A stretch of DNA of 19,175 nucleotides. Source: Candidatus Methylomirabilota bacterium. GTDB lineage: Bacteria; Methylomirabilota; Methylomirabilia; Rokubacteriales; CSP1-6. A program made the translations under genes and the position numbers. This document shows, one piece after another, positions 15,289-19,175 of the stretch. The stretch covers positions 1 through 19,175 of the forward strand of contig JBKPAK010000212.1 in the NCBI GenBank assembly GCA_046726415.1, read 5' to 3'. Position 1 is the stretch's first letter. The number at the start of each line of letters is the position of its first letter. Below the pieces are notes generated by a model that worked only from the letters and a program-made list of their open reading frames with translations, was not told the DNA's origin and searched no databases.

Positions 15289-16698
15289 ATGGTCGCTGAC
15301 GATCTCGTCTGGCGATCCGGCCTCGATCTCGCCGCGCTGATCCGAACCAGGCAGGTGTCTCCGGTCGAAGTCACCGAGCGCATCCTCGAGCGCATCGAGG
15401 TCCTCAATCCGCGGCTGAACGCCTTCTGTTACGTGGCGGCCGAGGCCGCGCGCAGCGCCGCGCGTGAAGCCGAGATTGCCGTGATGAAGAACGAACCCCT
15501 CGGGCTCCTGCATGGCGTCCCCTTCTCGGTGAAGGATGTCCTCGACACCCGCGGCATCGCCACCACGCACGGCTCGCGTCTGTTCGCGGAGGGCATTCCC
15601 GATCGCGATGCGGTGGCGGTCGCGCGTCTGCGCGCCGCGGGCTCCGTCATCCTGGGCAAGACCACCACCTCGGAGCTCGGTCACAAGGCCGTCACGGAGA
15701 GTCCCCTCTTCGGGATCACCCGGAATCCCTGGGGCCTGGCCTGCACACCCGGTGGGTCCTCGGGGGGTGCCGCCGCCGCAGTCGCGACGGGGCTGGGACC
15801 CGTCGGCCTCGGCACGGACGGTGGAGGATCTGTGCGGATTCCCGCCGCCTTCTGCGGAGTCTTCGGCCTCAAACCCTCGTACGGCCGGGTGCCGGTCTAT
15901 CCGGCGTCGCCTGGGTGGAGTCACGTCTCCCACGTCGGTCCCCTGGCGCGCACCGTGCGCGACGCCGCCGCCGTCCTCGACGCCATTGCCGGAAGCGACG
16001 ACCGCGATCGCCACTCACTCCCCGGAACGGCCGGTCCCTACCTCGAGGCGTGCGACGACGACGTCAAGGGCCTGCAGGTGGCCTGGAGCGCCGATCTCGG
16101 CTACGCGACAGTCGCACCGGAAGTCCGGGCTTTGTGCGAGAACGCCGCGGCCGAGTTCGAATCGCTGGGATGCCACGTCGAGGTGGTGAGCCCGGGGTGG
16201 GACAGTCCGGAGGGCAGTTTCACCACGATCATGGCCGCCCAGTTCTACGCGGCATGGGCCGATCGTCTCCCGGAGGCGGAGCCGCTCATGGATCGTTCCC
16301 TCGTGAAGTTCATCCGCAAGGGCGGCGGAATTTCCGCGCGGGAGTACCTCGTCGCCTGGGCGGCGGCAGAGGCCTACTGGGAGGACGTGCGGGGATTCCT
16401 CGAGCGCTTCGATCTCCTTCTGACCCCGACCGTCGCCGTGGCGCCGTTTCCGGCGGGGCAGGGACCGCCACGCGAGATCGGTGGAGAGACGGTGTCGGTG
16501 CTCGGATGGATGCCCTTCACGTATCCCTTCAACCTCACCGGCCAGCCCGCCGCCAGCGTGCCCGTCGGCTTCACCGAGGCTGGACTTCCGGTCGGGCTCC
16601 AGATCGTCGGACGTCGCCACGCCGATCGCACGGTCCTCGCCGCGGCCGGAGCCTTCGAGGCCGCGTGTCCCTGGGTTGAGCGTCACCCGTTCCTGTAA
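15289..16698 (+). CDS. Amidase signature family enzyme (GatA-like fold, substrate unknown)
   Basis: Catalytic triad motifs GVPFSVKD, GGSSGGAAAAVA and GTDGGGSVRIPA; C-terminal PFNLTGQPA...GLPVGLQIVG. Confidence 0.95.
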   Translation: MVADDLVWRSGLDLAALIRTRQVSPVEVTERILERIEVLNPRLNAFCYVAAEAARSAAREAEIAVMKNEPLGLLHGVPFSVKDVLDTRGIATTHGSRLFAEGIPDRDAVAVARLRAAGSVILGKTTTSELGHKAVTESPLFGITRNPWGLACTPGGSSGGAAAAVATGLGPVGLGTDGGGSVRIPAAFCGVFGLKPSYGRVPVYPASPGWSHVSHVGPLARTVRDAAAVLDAIAGSDDRDRHSLPGTAGPYLEACDDDVKGLQVAWSADLGYATVAPEVRALCENAAAEFESLGCHVEVVSPGWDSPEGSFTTIMAAQFYAAWADRLPEAEPLMDRSLVKFIRKGGGISAREYLVAWAAAEAYWEDVRGFLERFDLLLTPTVAVAPFPAGQGPPREIGGETVSVLGWMPFTYPFNLTGQPAASVPVGFTEAGLPVGLQIVGRRHADRTVLAAAGAFEAACPWVERHPFL

Positions 16699-17428
16699 TT
16701 CGACCCCGCGGGGCGGCCGCTTCCTGAGCGATCGCGCCCGGTGGGCCCTCGTCGCCCTCGCGGTCGGCGGGTTGCTCGCCACGATCGTGTGGCTCGTCGT
16801 TACCGAGTCCCCGATCGTCAGCTTCATCGTGCGCATGTACAGCGACAAGCACTTCCTGAAGGACACCGTGGCCGCGTGGGGATGGATGGCCCCCCTGGTG
16901 TTCATCGTCATCCAGGCGCTGCAGGTCATCGTCTCGCCCATTCCCGGCGAGATCACCGGCCCCGTGGGCGGCGCGCTCTTCGGCACCGTGTGGGGTGCCG
17001 TCTACTCGACCATCGGCCTGACCCTGGGAACAATCAGCTGCTTCGCGATCGGCCGGAAGTGGGGAGAGCCGCTCGTGCGTCCGTGGCTCAGCGAGCACCA
17101 CTGGAACCGGATGAACTTCATTCTCGAGGCCGAGGGGGCGATTCTCTGCTTCATCCTGTACGTGATCCCCGGCTTTCCCAAGGACATCATCTCGTACCTG
17201 TTCGGCATCAGCCCCATGCCCTTCTGGCTGTTCGCACTGGTGTCGACGGTGGCGCGGATTCCCGGCACCGTCATCTCTTCGTACTTCGGGGCCAACGTGG
17301 CCGAGCACCAATACCTCTACGCTCTCGTCTTCATCGCCATCATCGCCGCGCTGTGCCTACCTCTCTACTACTACCGGGATCGCATCGTCCGGCGCCTTCA
17401 CCGCAAGGGCCCGGGCCCCCAAGCTTGA
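16676..17428 (+). CDS. TVP38/TMEM64 (DedA/VTT-domain) membrane protein
   Basis: GWMAPLVFIVIQALQVIVSPIPGE, GGALFG..WG..YS.IG..LG, IPGFPKDIISY..G.S.M.F and RIPGT. Start uncertain (TTG 16676 or CTG 16724); the ORF-track start 16481 is inside the amidase. Confidence 0.88.
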   Translation: MSVTRSCNSTPRGGRFLSDRARWALVALAVGGLLATIVWLVVTESPIVSFIVRMYSDKHFLKDTVAAWGWMAPLVFIVIQALQVIVSPIPGEITGPVGGALFGTVWGAVYSTIGLTLGTISCFAIGRKWGEPLVRPWLSEHHWNRMNFILEAEGAILCFILYVIPGFPKDIISYLFGISPMPFWLFALVSTVARIPGTVISSYFGANVAEHQYLYALVFIAIIAALCLPLYYYRDRIVRRLHRKGPGPQA

Positions 17429-17454
17429 CGCTCGGCCCCTGTCTCCCGTAGAGT
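17425..17454 (+). promoter_or_regulatory. Sigma70-type promoter of the leader-DAHP synthase transcript
   Basis: TTGACG (17425-17430)-18 nt-TAGAGT (17449-17454), 10 nt before the leader ATG. Confidence 0.55.
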
Positions 17455-17464
17455 GTCAGCCACC

Positions 17465-17551
17465 ATGGGTAGCCCCCGATCGACGGCGCGGGTCGTGTTC
17501 GGCGCCTTCTTCTTTTACTTTCCCGGGGTCTGCCCACCGGCCCTGACGTAG
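17465..17551 (+). CDS. Phe/Tyr-rich attenuator leader peptide (28 aa, PheL-like)
   Basis: MGSPRSTARVVFGAFFFYFPGVCPPALT*. Five Phe and one Tyr within 8 codons (17498-17521), upstream of a terminator and DAHP synthase. Confidence 0.8.
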   Translation: MGSPRSTARVVFGAFFFYFPGVCPPALT

Positions 17552-17601
17552 TCGCGTCGGGCGCCGCGGGCGGACCGAGCCCGCGGCGTCTCTCCGCTCC
17601 C

Positions 17602-17634
17602 AGGCCGCGGGTCCATCCCCGCGGCCTTTTTCTT
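17602..17634 (+). terminator. Intrinsic terminator (attenuator) upstream of DAHP synthase
   Basis: Perfect 10-bp stem AGGCCGCGGG (17602-17611)/CCCGCGGCCT (17618-17627), 6-nt loop, followed by TTTTCTT. Confidence 0.88.
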
Positions 17635-17719
17635 GGATGTTCCGGGAGCGATAGCGTCCGCGACGTGGGGTCGCGGCGCGCCTCGGCAAAGCCAGGGCGC
17701 GACGAACGGAGGGCGAGCG

Positions 17720-18736
17720 ATGATCATCGTGCTGAGGTCGGGTTCGAGCGATGCCGAGGTGCAGGAAGTGTGTCGCCGCATCACCGCCATGGGCTACCAG
17801 CCCCACACGATTCGCGGCGAGCTGCGAACCGTGATCGGGGCGGTCGGCGACGATCGGGGCAAGGAACGGCTGCGCGCGCTCGAAGCGGTGGAGTGCGTGG
17901 AGTCCGTGACCCCGATCCTGCAGCCGTTCAAGCTGGCCAGCCGCGAGGTGCGGCGCGAAAACACGACCATCGACGTCGGGGGTGCCACCATCGGCGGGCG
18001 GAACGTCGTGGTCATGGCCGGCCCCTGTTCCGTGGAGTCGCGGGCCCAGGTGCTCGAAGTCGCCGAGCGGGTCAAGGCCGCTGGCGCGGCCGTCCTCCGC
18101 GGCGGCGCCTTCAAGCCGCGCACGTCGCCATACTCCTTCCAGGGAATGGAGGAAGAGGGCCTCAAGATCCTCGACGAGGCCCGGCGAGAAACGGGTCTTC
18201 CGGTCGTCACCGAGGTGATGGAGCCGGAGAAGGTGGATGTGGTCGCCGCGCATGCCGATATCCTCCAGATCGGTGCCCGGAACGTGCAAAACTTCTCCCT
18301 GCTCCGCCGGGTGTCAGAGACGCGCAAGCCCGTCCTGCTCAAGCGCGGCATGTCGACGTCCATTCAGGAATGGCTCCTCTCGGCCGAGTACATCCTGAGC
18401 GGGGGCAATCCTCAGGTGATCCTGTGCGAGCGGGGCATCCGAACGTTCGAGACCGCGACCCGATTCACCCTCGACCTCAACGCGGTGCCGGTGGTCAAAA
18501 AGCTGACGCATCTGCCCGTGATGGTGGACCCGAGCCACGGGACAGGGCACTGGGAGTACGTCGAAGCCATGGCCATGGCGGGGGTCGCGGCCGGCGCCGA
18601 TGGTCTCATCATCGAGGTGCATCCGCGTCCCGAAGAGGCGCTCTCGGATGGCCCGCAGTCCCTCAAGCCGGAGCGCTTCGCCGCGCTCATGGGCAAAGTG
18701 CGGCGGGTGGCCCAAGCCCTGGATCGCGAAGTGTAG
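17720..18736 (+). CDS. aroF: 3-deoxy-7-phosphoheptulonate (DAHP) synthase, type I-beta with N-terminal regulatory domain (338 aa)
   Basis: GGAGGG RBS, ATG 17720 [55 protein letters not shown] and SDGPQSL. Confidence 0.96.
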   Translation: MIIVLRSGSSDAEVQEVCRRITAMGYQPHTIRGELRTVIGAVGDDRGKERLRALEAVECVESVTPILQPFKLASREVRRENTTIDVGGATIGGRNVVVMAGPCSVESRAQVLEVAERVKAAGAAVLRGGAFKPRTSPYSFQGMEEEGLKILDEARRETGLPVVTEVMEPEKVDVVAAHADILQIGARNVQNFSLLRRVSETRKPVLLKRGMSTSIQEWLLSAEYILSGGNPQVILCERGIRTFETATRFTLDLNAVPVVKKLTHLPVMVDPSHGTGHWEYVEAMAMAGVAAGADGLIIEVHPRPEEALSDGPQSLKPERFAALMGKVRRVAQALDREV

Positions 18737-18778
18737 CCAGACGGGGCGGCGGAGGGGCGTTGTAGAATCGGAACCGAC

Positions 18779-19175
18779 ATGAACAGGGGGCTGCGCCGTC
18801 TGCTGCGCCTGCGCCGCAGCTTCCTCAGGCTTCTCCGCCGCCGCCCGATCTCGGGCACCACCTTCTCGGTGCTCGCGCACGGGCTCGTCTTCGCGCTCGT
18901 GCTGTGGCTGGGACTGCCCATGGCCAACGTCACCCCGCGCCGCGGAGAGCCGCTCTTCGTGGAGCTTCCGCAGATCCCAGCGCCGGCACCGCGCGGCAAT
19001 CCCGCTGCTCGCCAGCGGGGACCGGATGTGGCGCCCGAGCTGCCGCGGGCCTCACCTCCGCCGCGTGCCGCCACGCCGCCGGCTCCCCGATCGCCGGCAC
19101 CTCGCGTAGCGGCGGCCCCCCCCGCTCCGAAGCCGGCACCGCCGGCTCCGCCGCGGCCGGCGGAGCGTCCGGCCC
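18779..19175 (+). CDS. TonB/TolA-like energy transducer (partial, runs off the right edge)
   Basis: Hand translation [47 protein letters not shown]... has a TM with SxxxH followed by a Pro/Ala-rich linker. TAGAAT lies 10 nt upstream. The C-terminal domain is not in the window. Confidence 0.65.
   Translation, partial: MNRGLRRLLRLRRSFLRLLRRRPISGTTFSVLAHGLVFALVLWLGLPMANVTPRRGEPLFVELPQIPAPAPRGNPAARQRGPDVAPELPRASPPPRAATPPAPRSPAPRVAAAPPAPKPAPPAPPRPAERPA

Noticed and set aside
15229-16014. N-terminal 262 codons of the 687-aa minus ORF
   Set aside because: Mostly antisense to the amidase; the real gene more plausibly starts near 15228.
15289-16698. Calling the amidase gatA
   Set aside because: No adjacent gatC/gatB, and the motif reads GTDGGGSVRIPA, typical of general amidases.
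18960-19175. Low-complexity CCG/GCC-rich tract as a DNA repeat
   Set aside because: Explained by the Pro/Ala-rich linker of the TonB-like CDS.
1-19175. CRISPR arrays, tRNA/rRNA, IS or integrase
   Set aside because: No regularly spaced repeats, cloverleaf motifs or transposase/integrase motifs seen by eye.

Overview
High-GC bacterial window with typical housekeeping and accessory genes and no mobile element, CRISPR array or RNA gene that I can support. Minus strand, 1-4756: kdpB (partial), kdpA, kdpF, a second 27-aa membrane peptide, a CBS-pair protein and a small membrane protein. Plus strand: a YfcE-like metallophosphoesterase with degenerate metal ligands; a TetR + HlyD-like adaptor + dual-NBD ATPase + two ABC-2 permeases operon (cecR/ybhGFSR-like) with a clear promoter and operator; and a three-gene module of an NHLP-leader-like 72-aa protein, a stand-alone cNMP-binding protein and an RRE/PqqD-like-M50 membrane protein whose HExxH reads HQxxH. 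A convergent ~425-aa hypothetical gene follows, then an amidase, a TVP38/DedA protein, a type I-beta DAHP synthase and a partial TonB-like gene. The strongest non-obvious signals are (1) the NHLP/cNMP/RRE-pseudoprotease module and (2) a Phe/Tyr-rich leader peptide with mutually exclusive hairpins and an intrinsic terminator upstream of DAHP synthase. All family calls are from motif recognition by eye; no database search or folding program was run.
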